A stretch of DNA of 64,000 nt from Vulcanimicrobiota bacterium (GCA_963714015.1 OY970223.1:2528001-2592000); one strand, 5' to 3'; shown: positions 30,386 through 41,971, counted from the stretch's first letter. Numbers and translations: made by a program. The notes: generated by a model not told the origin, from the letters alone.

Positions 30386-32658
30386 GTGCCTTACGAAAAG
30401 CGTGTTTACTTACCCGCTTTGTTGCTTGAGCTTTCCAAAAGCATTCCGTCTGTCTCGCAGAAGCAACTGAGGAGCTTCATCGTCAAGGCCATGCCGGATC
30501 CGCACTTCCACGGCACAATGCTTCGCTATGTCCAAAAGCATCCATACGCGCTGCGTTCTGGCCGAAGCGACATGCCACCAGCGATGATTCGCTTCGCTGA
30601 TCTGCTCGTCCGACACGGCGTACCAAACATAAAAAGGCCCGTTTGCGCTGTCTGTAACGAAGCCAAGACCCTGCCGTACAAACACGCGAGCGGTCGAGTT
30701 TGCGGAGCCTGCTTTGTGTCGCGAATTAATCTCGCAAATTGCTCCAGGTGTCATCGCCGACGTCAAATCACAACGCGCGATGAGAACGGGCCTATCTGTC
30801 CGTTGTGCTGGGGTAATGACGCACGAAATCTAGCAGCATGCACGGTATGCAACACCTACGGTCCCGTCGCCGTTCGCCCTAAAGGAAAACCGATTTGCCA
30901 GCTTTGTTACGATCGCCCACGGCGGCGCTGTGCTGATTGCAAAGCGCTTCGATACATCCACAGCACTAAAGAGGGACGGGATGTTTGCAGAGATTGCTAC
31001 TCTGCTCGTCGTCGCAACGTTGAATCCAATTGCATAGTCCGACATCGGAACACGCGCCGCCGTTCTTGCACATCTTGCGGTAAAACGCGCGCGTGCGTAG
31101 ATTATCTCACGGATAGACCCCTCTGTGTACCGTGCGCTGGCCGGCCGCACCGAAGATGTGCCGGTTGTAAAGACGCCCGTCCTGTTCAAGCAGTATGGGA
31201 AGGGGGACCCGTTTGCAGCACGTGTTATGCCACGTATTTAGACGAGCTGCGCAAATGCTCGCGCTGTCTCAAGATGGAACAGCTCGTGCCAACGCGCGAG
31301 GGTGCCCTCTGCCGGCCATGTCTTGGCACAACAGGCTCGCGATACCTGTGTGAAATGTCGCGGCTACGACAACCTGTACGAAGCGGGAACGTGCGCTCGA
31401 TGTGTCCTTCAAGCGAGAGTAGAGGAGATGTTGTCCGGCCCGGACGGCGCGATTCCCATCGATCTGCAACCTGTGCTGCGAAATCTTGTAGATGATAGGG
31501 ACCCACGTGCTGTACTCGGTTGGCTTCGAAAATCCGGTGGAGCGACGCTTTTGCGCGAGATCGCTCGCGGGAAGATTGAACTTTCACACGCCGAGCTCAA
31601 CCGAATCGGCTTCAGCAAACCAGTTATCTTCCTTCGTTGGCTACTGATTGCTAGCGGCGTGCTGTCCGAGAACGGAGCCACCGCAAGTCGACTCGAGGTT
31701 TGGCTTGACAGACTTCCTGAAGGACATCGATCACAAAGACGTGTTCATTCTTCGCACGTATGCCAACTGGCGTCTATTCCCACGGCTCCGCCGCAAAATT
31801 GACCGAAATCTGTTGACAGATTCCGGGATCAAATGGTGTCAAACTCGCCTACGCGTAGCTGCTGCGTTCCTTTCTTGGCTGCGCGAGAGCGATATACTTC
31901 TGCAATCGTGTTCGCAGCATCACATCGATGCTTGGCTAAGCAGCTCCCCATCGACAGCATATGGAATTCGCGACTTTGTTCGTTGGACATGGAGTCGTAG
32001 GTTCTCACGAAAGCTTACGGTGCCCCGTAGGTCTATAAAGTTGCCGGCCGCTGCCATCGACGAAAAGCAACGATGGGCAGAAGTAGAAAGGCTACTGCAC
32101 GATAACGCACTTCCTTTGGATCTGCGGTTGTCCGCGCTGCTAGGGCTAGTATTTGGACAACACTTAAGTCGTATCTGCTTGCTCACGGTCGAGAACGTGA
32201 CGCGAAAGGGGTCCAAGATATACGTAAAGTTCGGGAAAGATGATGTCGTCATGCCGCCAGACATCGCCCGTCTGGTGAACCAACAAGCGCAGATCAGCGA
32301 ACAGAATCCGAAAGGGCTCATGCCTAATGAGCAACGCTGGCTCTTTCCGGGGCAGGGATTCGGTACACACCTTACGCCGGACGCCTTAGGGCGTCGTCTC
32401 ACCGCCCTAGGCATCTACATGCGCCCTGCTCGGAATGCTGCACTGATGCATCTCGCTGCGCGTCTGGAACCGGTAATTCTGGCACAAATGCTGAATCTGC
32501 ACGAGAACGTTGCCGCCGAGTGGTGCCGCGCCGCTGGCCGCACGTTCAACAAATATGTCGAGCTTCGGGCATCCGCGAGTACCCTTCCACACGAGGGCAG
32601 TCGCAAGCTTCGAGATATGGCTGTTCCATCAACACCGACGTCCAGGAGATACAAATGA
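30386..32658 (+). CDS. Large Zn-finger-repeat protein with a C-terminal degenerate tyrosine-recombinase-like domain (frameshifts near 31335 and 31712)
   Basis: 16 CxxC motifs over ORFs 30386..31495 and 31302..31802; C-terminal 'GLVFGQHLSRI', 'WLFPG', 'RPARNAALMHLA...LAQMLNLH...KY'. Confidence 0.75.
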
Positions 32659-32888
32659 CGCTTCGCCAGTTCTTTTTGATCTATTTCACAAGCAACGTGG
32701 CTTTCATGTTCATCGGATATGAAATAAGCAAAGCGTCCTCCGTTCCCTGGTTGGTTGTGGTGGCGTCCGTAGTCGTCGCCGCACTACTGGCACTGAACAG
32801 CGCGCGAACTCTAGGCAACTCCTACGCGCGCGAGGACCGCGCAAATGCGGCTCTTCAGCACGTTGTGGAGAACCGCCGTCCCAGTTGA
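32655..32888 (+). CDS. Small two-TM membrane protein
   Basis: AGGAG RBS, ATGA overlap with the upstream stop, two hydrophobic helices. Confidence 0.6.
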   Translation: MTLRQFFLIYFTSNVAFMFIGYEISKASSVPWLVVVASVVVAALLALNSARTLGNSYAREDRANAALQHVVENRRPS

Positions 32889-33053
32889 CGACGACGGCCT
32901 GCGACTGTGGCCATTTCAGCAGAGGGATTACCCTTTCGCCCTCTAACTTGAGGAATATCGCACTGCACGTGTGGCCCTCCTAAAGGCGTAGCCACGTCGT
33001 GCTACTGATCGCCAAGTCCGCTAACACCTGACGGGGCGATTAAGGAGACGATT

Positions 33054-34909
33054 ATGACCAGGCAATACGAGCCGATGGTCCTTCATAACATTGGCTTTGC
33101 GTTGCGCCGTCTCGAACAAGACTGCGCGCCTCATCAAGAACTGCGCGAACTGGCGCAAAACGCAATTGACGCTCACCGCAACCAAAAACGAATCGACCCG
33201 CATCATAGGGGCGAGATAGTTGTAGACGTAGTTGGCCGCTCGTTCCCGAGTATGGCTTCAAGATGTGCTTCATCGATAACGCGACCGGCATGACGGGCGA
33301 CGACATCCAGAACTACATCAATCGGCTCTTCCGTTCAGGCAGTGAACAAGCCTTAGACAAGAATTACGGAATCGGTGCCAAGGTTGCCGCCGGCGTCAGA
33401 AATCCAGAAGGACTCACATACTTTTCCTGGGTCGATGGCAAGGGCGTCGTTGCGAACCTGAAATATTTTGCGGAAAACGCTGACTGGGGCCTGGAGCCTT
33501 TTGAACGCCCAGATGGTACCTACGGTGTATGGGCGCCCGTCGCGGATTCTGTAAAGCCGAAGCAAATCGACCGGCACGGCACGATGGTCGTTCTTCTTGG
33601 AAAATCTGCGGATCACAACACGATGCTGCCGCCGGAGAACGTTACAAGCAAGACGCGGTGGCTTTCAAAGTATTTCAACCTGCGCTATTTCCGCCTTCCC
33701 GATGGAGTGGAGATGCGGGTTCGCCTCTTCACATCTCCGGACCCCGATCAATGGCCAACTGTCGAGGTAAACTCCAATCCACTGGGTGCGCAGCTTAACA
33801 GAGTCACCGGACAAGAATACATATTGAACAAACTCGCGTCAGCGAAGGGAACGGTTCGGCTCTCCGGTTGCAAGGCGCACTGGTGGATAATGCCGGCAAG
33901 AGAAGACCGCAGAGACGTAGGTCATCAGCAGCATCACGTTGGTGGACATATCGCAGCGCTTTACCAAGACGAAATCTACGACATGCGAATCGGCAACGAC
34001 GGGTACAGCGAGTTGCAGCGTTTTGGCGTCCTATTCGCATACAAGCGCGTGATAATCTATCTAGAACCGGACCCAAGCACGGTGCTTCCCGACACGTCAC
34101 GTTCTCGACTTCTGATGGATGGTCAACGCCTACCGTATGTCACCTGGGCGCGAGAATTCTCTGAAAACATGCCCAAAGCTATCAAAGCCTTGGACGACGA
34201 GATCCTTGCGAAGGCGGAAAAAACACCACGAGCCGAGTCCATTGCTAAACGCCTTGAGCGCATTAAACACCTTCTTCAGCCGAGCCGCTATCGTCGGTCT
34301 ACTAAAGGCGCGATACCGGTTGACCCTGATGACTTGATTCTCGGTGGAATGCCGGAGAGCAAGAAGGATGGGAAAGTCACTCCTATCGGCAACGGGCGCT
34401 CGGGCGGCGTGGCTTCCAGTGGAAGACGTCTTGCTGCATTCATCTCACCAAATGATGAAGCGCAGCAGCGCGCTACTCCCGCAGTTGCTCCGCTCAATAT
34501 CCCGATGATCGAATGGGTAAGCGTTGCAGCAGGAACTCGAGAGCCGGGCTTTCAGGAAGACCGTGCAGCATGGTATCTTCCAGAGTCGCGCACAATATTC
34601 GTGAATCGAGACTTCCGCGGCTTTGCCGATATGCATCGCGACTTCTTGAAACGGCACGGTGCAGTTCCGAACGCGGCTATCAAGATCTGGCATGCAATAG
34701 AAGAGTGGGTCGGCCAGCAGCTGTGCGAGGTTGTCATAGGAATCGAGGGTTACGCCGGCTCGCAATATTGGCTGCCGGATAGCGTTAACGCAGCCTTGTG
34801 CCCCGAGGCCTTAACTGCGGCCGTGATGTCCCGCTGGTTCGTGTACGGACAGGTTTCCCGCGCACTTGGAAGTGTCTTGCGTACGCAGGACGCGGAACAG
34901 ACCGCGTAA
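33054..34909 (+). CDS. GHKL (Hsp90/MORC-like) ATPase (frameshift near 33231)
   Basis: N-box 'LRELAQNAIDA', G1 'IDNATGM', G2 'NYGIGAK', G3 'HGTMV'; TAAGGAG RBS. Confidence 0.8.
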
Positions 34910-34970
34910 GCGCCGTCTGATCTGCGATGCACGCGCTCACTTCACGGCCGTTCTTCTGCAAGGTGGTACA

Positions 34971-37900
34971 ATGATCGACTTGCCGCTACCGCTACTCCAG
35001 GGCATTGAGAATGGATCCTGCGTGCTCTTTTTGGGAGCTGGCGTAGGATCACATTACGCCCGCACTGGGCAAACGATGCCGGACTCTGCATCGCTTGCAT
35101 TAGAGATAGTCAGCATTTTCAACTGGACACGCGCGGCAGCATAAATCTCGCCGAAGTTGCGGAGTTTGCTGAACTTCGCAAAGGGAGGGCTGCCCTAAAT
35201 GCGTTTGTTCGCGAGCGCCTCTCAAACTTCGCTCCGGACGAAATAGCCCAATGGCTTACCACCGTTCGTTGGCGAAGCATATTTACGACCAACTACGACG
35301 ACGGTATTCTCGCCGCGTATAGGAATAATCCACACCCGCCTCAATTAGCGGTTCCAATAACATCTACCGGTGGTATTCGATACTGCGACCGTCGCTTGGA
35401 AGTGCCAGTCTATTTTTTGCACGGGTTCATCGGCGCGGGTGATGAGTCGCGTCTGCTCATAACGGAGACTGACTACATCCGATTCAGGGACCGCCGCGAA
35501 ACTTTGTTTTCTCTGCTCAAGGAACAATTCGCGCAGTCGACGTTCCTTTACGTCGGCTACTCGAATCGCGACCAGAATTGGAAGACCCTCTTGGATGAGG
35601 TTCAGCGCGAATTCAGTCCTAAACCCACTCCACTATCATATCGTCTAACTATCGACGAGCCTTCGATGGCGGATGCACTGCTTGAAGCGCGAAATGTCTA
35701 CACGCTGCATTGCTCCCTCTCGGACTTTTGTATGGCTGCGCGCGCGCAGCTTCATGCTGTTGAAATGACGTCTTCGGCTTTGGAGAAGCTCGAGCGCGAT
35801 ATCCCGCCCGACTTTGCTGAAGACTTCACCGACAATCCAGTTGCCGTGGCTCGTTTCTTCAACTCCTGGCAGTATGTCAATCAGTGCGACTTTTCCCAGC
35901 CTTCAAATGCGCACGCTTTTCTTCGCGGCGACCGGCCAAACTGGGGTCTCATCGCTCAGAAACACTTCTTTCAACGCGATGTCGAGGACCCGCTCTATGA
36001 TGAGATGCTGGACTACGCAACGAGCGGCGCACTACGCGAAAGCTTAACCCTATTGGGTCACGCTGGCTCGGGCGTAACCACTGTACTCATGTCGCTGGCG
36101 GCAAGACTAGTCCGTGAAGGCGCGGGCCCCGTATATTTCCTAAGGCCTGGAGCACAAGTCCTCGAGGGGGATGTGCTATTCGTGGCCCAACGTGACCCTC
36201 ATGTAAAACCGTTCTTCTTTGTCGACAACGCCGCGATCGAAAAAGAGCGCCTTCGACGGCTTGTGCAGCGCGTTCAGAGTTCTCATGCGAACGGGATGCT
36301 CGTCCTCGGAGCACGTCTCAACGAGTGGAGAGAATCCACTGTCCGCCTAGCAACTAAAGAACGTCAACTTCTACAGCTTGGCCCTGACGAGATACCGCGA
36401 CTTTTGACGCTCCTGGAAAACAGCGGCGAACTTGGCGTTCTAGCCGATCTATCCCCCGAACTACGCGTGGTGAAGATTCAACAAAGTAACTCGAACGATT
36501 TGCTCGTGACGCTTCGCGAGGTTACCGAAGGACGCTCCTTTGACGCGATAATCGAGGACGAGTATCTCGGTATCCATTCCGAGCTTGGGCGCCGATTCTA
36601 TCTCATGGTCGCGTGCTTTTTTCAAAAGCACCTATTTGTTAGGGATACGCTGTTAGCGCGACTGCTCGATGTAGATACTGAAGAAATGTTCCGTGAGACG
36701 AACGCAGCCACCGAAGGCGTGGTGCTATACGAAACAGTCGATGAGGCAAACGGCGTGTTCGCCGCAAGGGCGCGGCACCGGGTCATTGCGCAAATAGTTT
36801 GGGAGCGTTGCGGATCGCGAACCGAACGCGAGGACCTTCTGCTACGCGCAATGTCCTTCCTTAACCTCGCTTACAAATGGGATCGCGATGCTTTCGATCT
36901 TTTCGTAAGGTCTGACGAGCTTGTCGATTTTTTCGGAACTCTCGAAAAGAAGACGCGATATTTCGATACTGCGATCAACAAAGACCCCGACAATCCTTAC
37001 GTGCGCCAGCACTATGCGCGAATGCTTTCCAGGGAAGGTCGTGACTTGCTTGCGCTCAGTCAAATCAACGAGGCCCTTTCCATAAACTCTAACCCGAGAG
37101 CGCTGCACCACACCAAAGGCCTGATCTTGGCGCAACTCGCTCTCGGCTCGCCTAGTCCGGATGTCGGTCGACGCTATCTTCTTCAAGCCGAGGATGCATT
37201 CAACACTTGCATTCAAAAGAGCCCTCGGGACGACTACGGTTATACTGGCCTCGCGCATCTGTACCTCGAATGGGCTAAGCGATGTGAGAACGTCGATGAC
37301 GCGACCGGCTACACCGCCCGAGCGGAGTCCCTGATCAGCGATGGACTGCGTCGCGCTAGCATCCACGAGTCTCTGTGGCTTGAATCAGCCCGCGTTGAGG
37401 CATACCTTGGTGATTCTGAAGCACGAATCCAAGCGCTTGAGAAGGCGCACGGGAGCTCGCCAAGCAGCCCGATCGCAGCGTTCTTGTTAGCACGCGCGTA
37501 TAGACGCGACGGCAGAGCTGCAGAGGCCGAACAACTCTTGCAGCCAATCATTCAAACCGCCGTTGAAGAGTTCCGCGTCTTTATAGAGTACGCGAAATGC
37601 TTGATCGCTCTAGGGAAGCCGTATAAAGAAGCTGCGGCAGTCCTCCGCTTGGCGTACCTTTCGGGCCTTTCTGATCCTCGCTATATTGCGACGCTCGGCG
37701 GCATGCTTTGTCTAGGCAAGGACTATACGGCAGCACTAGACGTCTTCAGCGAAAGCGCGAAGCGCGGCTTTTCATTGGGCGAACGCACGCGGATTTTCTA
37801 CCGACCGCGTATAGACGGTAGAGGTGACCGAATCCGCCTCACGGGACGGATCAGCAGCGTCAAAGGGAACTATGCATTTATCATAGCTGCGGATTTCGGA

Positions 37901-38110
37901 ACCGATGTTTTCTGCCCTCGCTCGCGTCTTGATGATGTGCTGACAACTGAGGGCACATTCGTCGAGTTCGATCTTGCTTTCAGTTCGCGAGGGCCTATCG
38001 CAGACAGCATAAGCCTCGCCCCAAAGGCGGCAGCAATGGCCACCGTGACTCCGCCTTCAGCCGGCGTTGACCAGCTACCTGATGAACATGTCGGCGGATG
38101 CGATTCTTAG
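34971..38110 (+). CDS. SIR2-like + STAND-type P-loop NTPase + TPR + C-terminal cold-shock/OB-fold protein (frameshift near 35111)
   Basis: 'VLFLGAG', 'IFTTNYDD', 'YFLHG' and 'LYVGYS' (SIR2); 'GHAGSGVTT' and 'FFFVDN' (Walker A/B-like); helical repeats; 'GRISSVKGNYAFI...DVF...VEFDL..SSRGPIA' OB-fold. Confidence 0.82.
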
Positions 38111-39042
38111 GCATGTCCCACTATGGCTACCTTTTGCGATCGTTCTTGCGACTCAAGTCATTACACTATTCTTTCTTCACGAGCGAGAATCTCGGACGCT
38201 CCGCTGGTGGGCAAGAAATCTAGTCATACTACTTGGCATTACAAGCGCAGCGGTTGCGTACTTGTTCCAGGTTCGTTCCCAAGAGATTGCGCAGTTAGTC
38301 CGGGCTCAAGTGAACCTTACAGATGCGTCAATGGCGAAACAGGCAACTCACCTCCGCAATCTGCAGGAACAGCTTTCTCAGGATAAGCCGCACATCGCTA
38401 GAACTGAGCAGCTCGCGAAGACATTAACCATTGCGTTGACGCAGGCACAAGAGAAACTCGCCTCGCAGCAACAACGTGTCACGGCGCTGATTGTCTCAAC
38501 ACGACAGACTGAGGAATGAATCCTCGATCGCGTTCTCGCACTCGGTAGCCGCTCTCAACGTTTCGCGGCGAGTTCAGAGTACAACGCAAAGGATTTCCAG
38601 AGAAGCTAACGAGCAACTTTCCCTCGCCGAACAAATGTCGCGCGAGGCGGCAGCCAAGGCGGGGATCTACAGATTTTCGCCGCTGCTCCTTTCCCGTATG
38701 ACAGCGATACTTTCGCATGCGGGTGTCGGCAAGGCGGCTGTTTCATGTGCTCCCGGCCTTGAGTCGCCATGCGATGATTTAGTGTCGGCGTTCTTAGCGG
38801 CGCGCTGGACAACATCCGTTCTACACGCGGCCTCCTTCTGGGGCGGCCTTGACGTTGTGCCAGCTGGGGTGATGACGGAGGCAGGGCTTGTTGTTCTTTA
38901 TGGACCTCGCTCTGAACGTACTGCAGACGAGTTGATCAACGTGCTGCGAGCCACCGGACTAAGGCTCGAAGCAGAGCCCGATTCAAGCGCCTACGACGTT
39001 TCAATAGTTCTGCGCCACGTTGAGGGAGCGCTGTCGCAGTAA
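38088..39042 (+). CDS. Membrane-anchored coiled-coil protein (probably one gene, frameshift near 38495)
   Basis: Two TM helices followed by a Gln/Ala-rich coiled coil that continues into ORF 38491..39042. Confidence 0.55.
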
Positions 39043-39090
39043 ACCTTACACCGAATCCATATCCTCGATGAGGTCATGCGACAACGAGCC

Positions 39091-39128
39091 GAATATGTAC
39101 TGGTCGGAATATGTACCCCTACCAGTAA
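39091..39128 (+). repeat. Junction site copy A
   Basis: GAATATGTAC TGGTCG GAATATGTAC CCC TACCAGTAA. Confidence 0.9.
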
Positions 39129-39309
39129 ATGATACGCTTCGGCGGCGTGGCGAATCGTGGCGCCAGAATACGCCGGGTTTTGAATACCCGGAGGCAGTAC
39201 CCGTTATATCGAGCGACGGCGACGAGGCGGCGCCCTCTTACTTCTTTTTCCGCCAATATATGTACGGCTGAAGGTGTAACGCCGGACAGTTCAGGAACGT
39301 AGATTTCGT

Positions 39310-40692
39310 ATGCTGCAATTGATTCTTGCTGCCGCGCTTACGGAGCCCACCCAGCACAATTATTCCACCGCCATGAAGAGCGGGAAGATTCCCGGAATGC
39401 AGGTTGTAGTCGTCGACCACGGTAAGGTCATCCTCGACGATGCGCTGGGTGTCAAAAACGTCCTCACTCAAGCGCCGGTCGACGTACACACGCGTTTCGA
39501 GATCGGTTCGATCACCAAACAGTTCACCGCGGCCGCTATCCTGCAATTGCGCGAGCGCGGAAAACTTTCACTAGACGATGTACTTAGCAAGTACGTTCCG
39601 CAATACGTGCGTGGCCGGAAGATTACGTTGCGGCAAATGCTTCTACAGATCAGCGGCATTCCGGATTATAGCGAGACTAGCACCTTCAACAGCCTGGGCG
39701 CCTACCGGAACGGCCGAATTGTAATTACGAAGCGTGGTGACCTCGCGGCGGTCGTTGAGATCATCCAAGGCAAGAAACTCGACTTCACACCAGGTACGAA
39801 GTGGGAATACAGCAACACGAATTACTATATGCTCGGCTATATCGTGCAGCGTGTTTCAGGAATGCCATGGAGCGCATATATTCGGCAGCATATCTTCGCG
39901 CGTGCGAATATGAGCGAGAGCTCATTCATGCAGGACGAACCGGGCATGGCTGACTTGGCAACCGGTTACACCCGGTACAAAAATAGAATCGATCCGACTG
40001 GCAATTATGCTGGATGGGCCGGCGGAGCTGGCGCGATCGTTTCAACCGCCGCAGATCTAGCGAAATGGGACGCAGCACTATTTAACGGCAAGATCATCAG
40101 CGCGGTGGATTTAAAATTGATGACCTCGCCAGGACCGTTACCGGCGCTTGACGGAAACGCGCGGTATGGCTTCGGCTGGGTGATCGACAGCTACGACGGA
40201 CAGGCGCGCTTGTGGCATAACGGTGGCACGATCGGCTTCAGCGCGAGCAACGAAGTCTATCCGAAGCAGTCACAAGCGATTGTCGTACTGAGCAATCGGG
40301 AGAGCGGCACCGACTCAATCGCGCAGAAGACGTTTGACACGCTGCATCCAGAGTTCGTGGCGACGCAAAACAAAGCCGCGGCGGGCGAAGACCGCGCGGT
40401 CACCGCGCGTATCAAGATCACGTATTCCTCGCTCATGTCGGGGCATCTCGACCGAGCCCAGTTCACCAAAGAGGCCCAAAAGGGCATCACGCCTGATGCT
40501 GTGGCGCCATTGAAGCAGCTTGTCGCGCCTATGGGGCGAGCAGAAACATGGGTCTATCGCGGCAGTCAGGAGAAAAACGGCGCAACGACTTACACGTATC
40601 GCGTGACGTTTAGCAGCGGCATGATGCTGAACGTATACATGACGTTGGACAAAAACAACAAGATTGCTGCGTATTGGGTATCGCCGACCTGA
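39310..40692 (+). CDS. Serine hydrolase, beta-lactamase/class C PBP family
   Basis: SxxK 'GSITK', 'YSN', 'HNGG'. Confidence 0.9.
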   Translation: MLQLILAAALTEPTQHNYSTAMKSGKIPGMQVVVVDHGKVILDDALGVKNVLTQAPVDVHTRFEIGSITKQFTAAAILQLRERGKLSLDDVLSKYVPQYVRGRKITLRQMLLQISGIPDYSETSTFNSLGAYRNGRIVITKRGDLAAVVEIIQGKKLDFTPGTKWEYSNTNYYMLGYIVQRVSGMPWSAYIRQHIFARANMSESSFMQDEPGMADLATGYTRYKNRIDPTGNYAGWAGGAGAIVSTAADLAKWDAALFNGKIISAVDLKLMTSPGPLPALDGNARYGFGWVIDSYDGQARLWHNGGTIGFSASNEVYPKQSQAIVVLSNRESGTDSIAQKTFDTLHPEFVATQNKAAAGEDRAVTARIKITYSSLMSGHLDRAQFTKEAQKGITPDAVAPLKQLVAPMGRAETWVYRGSQEKNGATTYTYRVTFSSGMMLNVYMTLDKNNKIAAYWVSPT

Positions 40693-40819
40693 GGATAAAC
40701 AGCACTTCACGAAATGTTGGGCGGTGGCCGTTATGCCGTTGCCATCAAACGACGACAATGCTTGTGTGGGTGTCGGTCCAAAGCGCGCGGCGTAAGCATC
40801 GCTAAACTGATACGGAGCG

Positions 40820-41971
40820 TCACGCGAGTTCCGGCGGTGGATGCGAATGGCGTAACAAGGAATCGAGAAGCGCCAGGACATCCGGGAATCGCTCCCTTAC
40901 GGCGCGGTCGTTGCCGCCGGCCGGTACCTGGAACTCGCGCACGTTGAATCCGGTGAACACCACCGACGACCCTCGAAGCGGATCGCCGTTCTCCATGTAA
41001 TGGTACGGAAAGTTCGTGAAGAATACGATGGCACCGGGTAGGCCGCTCGTCTGCGGGTTCTGCTCCAGGCGTTTGACCTGCGAGCCGAGCCTATCGAACC
41101 ATCCGGACTCGAGAATGTGCGCCTCGCTCGGCGGGACGTTGATATCGATGAAGACGAGTCGCTCATGCAATGCATTCTTGCGCAACGCTGCCACGAGCAG
41201 ACTCGTTATGTCGGCCTCGATCTCCACAAGCCGCCCGGGCGTCCCCGGATACCCAAGGAATCCCGCACGATGGCGACTCTTGGCCTCGACAGAATACTGC
41301 TTGCCCGTCTTCATGTAGGTCGCGGTGAATTCGCAATGCGTTGATGACCGATTGCTTTCATCTTCGAGACCGATGGAAAAGCCGGCGCGGACGAGCGCGG
41401 CCGCAACGAATGCTTCGTATCGAGCACCCTGAAACTGATCCTTCCGCTGCAAGCGGTCTACCAGGCGCTGAAGCAGCAGCGAATGATGCTCAAGCGTGTA
41501 GATATCGTACGCAAACGCTAGCAGTGCCGATATCTGCGCTGGTGGATTGTCGATTTTATTGATATCGCCGAGCGCGACATCGGAGCGGTGCGCCGCCCAG
41601 AAATCGAACCAGACCTGATACCACTGCATGAGCGGATGCCGATCCTCGAGTGGCAGCGACTGTTCGTTCTTGAACCAGTCTTTCGCGAATACGGCTCCGA
41701 TATACGAAAATAGGAAGTCGTGGAACGTCTTCCATTTGTGGTACAACAGGCGCGACCCGACCGCGACGAACGTCTGGCCCGCGTGGCCCATCCAGATCGG
41801 CGGCTTGACGTAACCGTATTTTTCGATGCGCTCGGCCTCTTGGCGCTGCGCTTCAGCGAGTTTCAACCGGACACTTTCGGGCATCGTCAACCGGCGTGCT
41901 TTTTCCAAACAGCAGCGCTTATGCTTCTTCCCGCTGCCGCACGGGCAAGGACTATTTCTACCAATCTTCAT
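40820..41971 (-). CDS. SEC-C motif protein with a possible PD-(D/E)xK-like C-terminal domain
   Basis: 'KIGRNSPCPCGSGKKHKRCC'; 'GARYE...HCEFTA...VEAKSR'. Confidence 0.75.
   Translation of the reverse strand: MKIGRNSPCPCGSGKKHKRCCLEKARRLTMPESVRLKLAEAQRQEAERIEKYGYVKPPIWMGHAGQTFVAVGSRLLYHKWKTFHDFLFSYIGAVFAKDWFKNEQSLPLEDRHPLMQWYQVWFDFWAAHRSDVALGDINKIDNPPAQISALLAFAYDIYTLEHHSLLLQRLVDRLQRKDQFQGARYEAFVAAALVRAGFSIGLEDESNRSSTHCEFTATYMKTGKQYSVEAKSRHRAGFLGYPGTPGRLVEIEADITSLLVAALRKNALHERLVFIDINVPPSEAHILESGWFDRLGSQVKRLEQNPQTSGLPGAIVFFTNFPYHYMENGDPLRGSSVVFTGFNVREFQVPAGGNDRAVRERFPDVLALLDSLLRHSHPPPELA

Noticed and set aside
39166..39191. Extra GAATAC pair at 16-bp spacing just after site A
   Set aside because: Degenerate, overlaps the hairpin segment and lacks the TTACCAGTAA part; not counted as an independent site.
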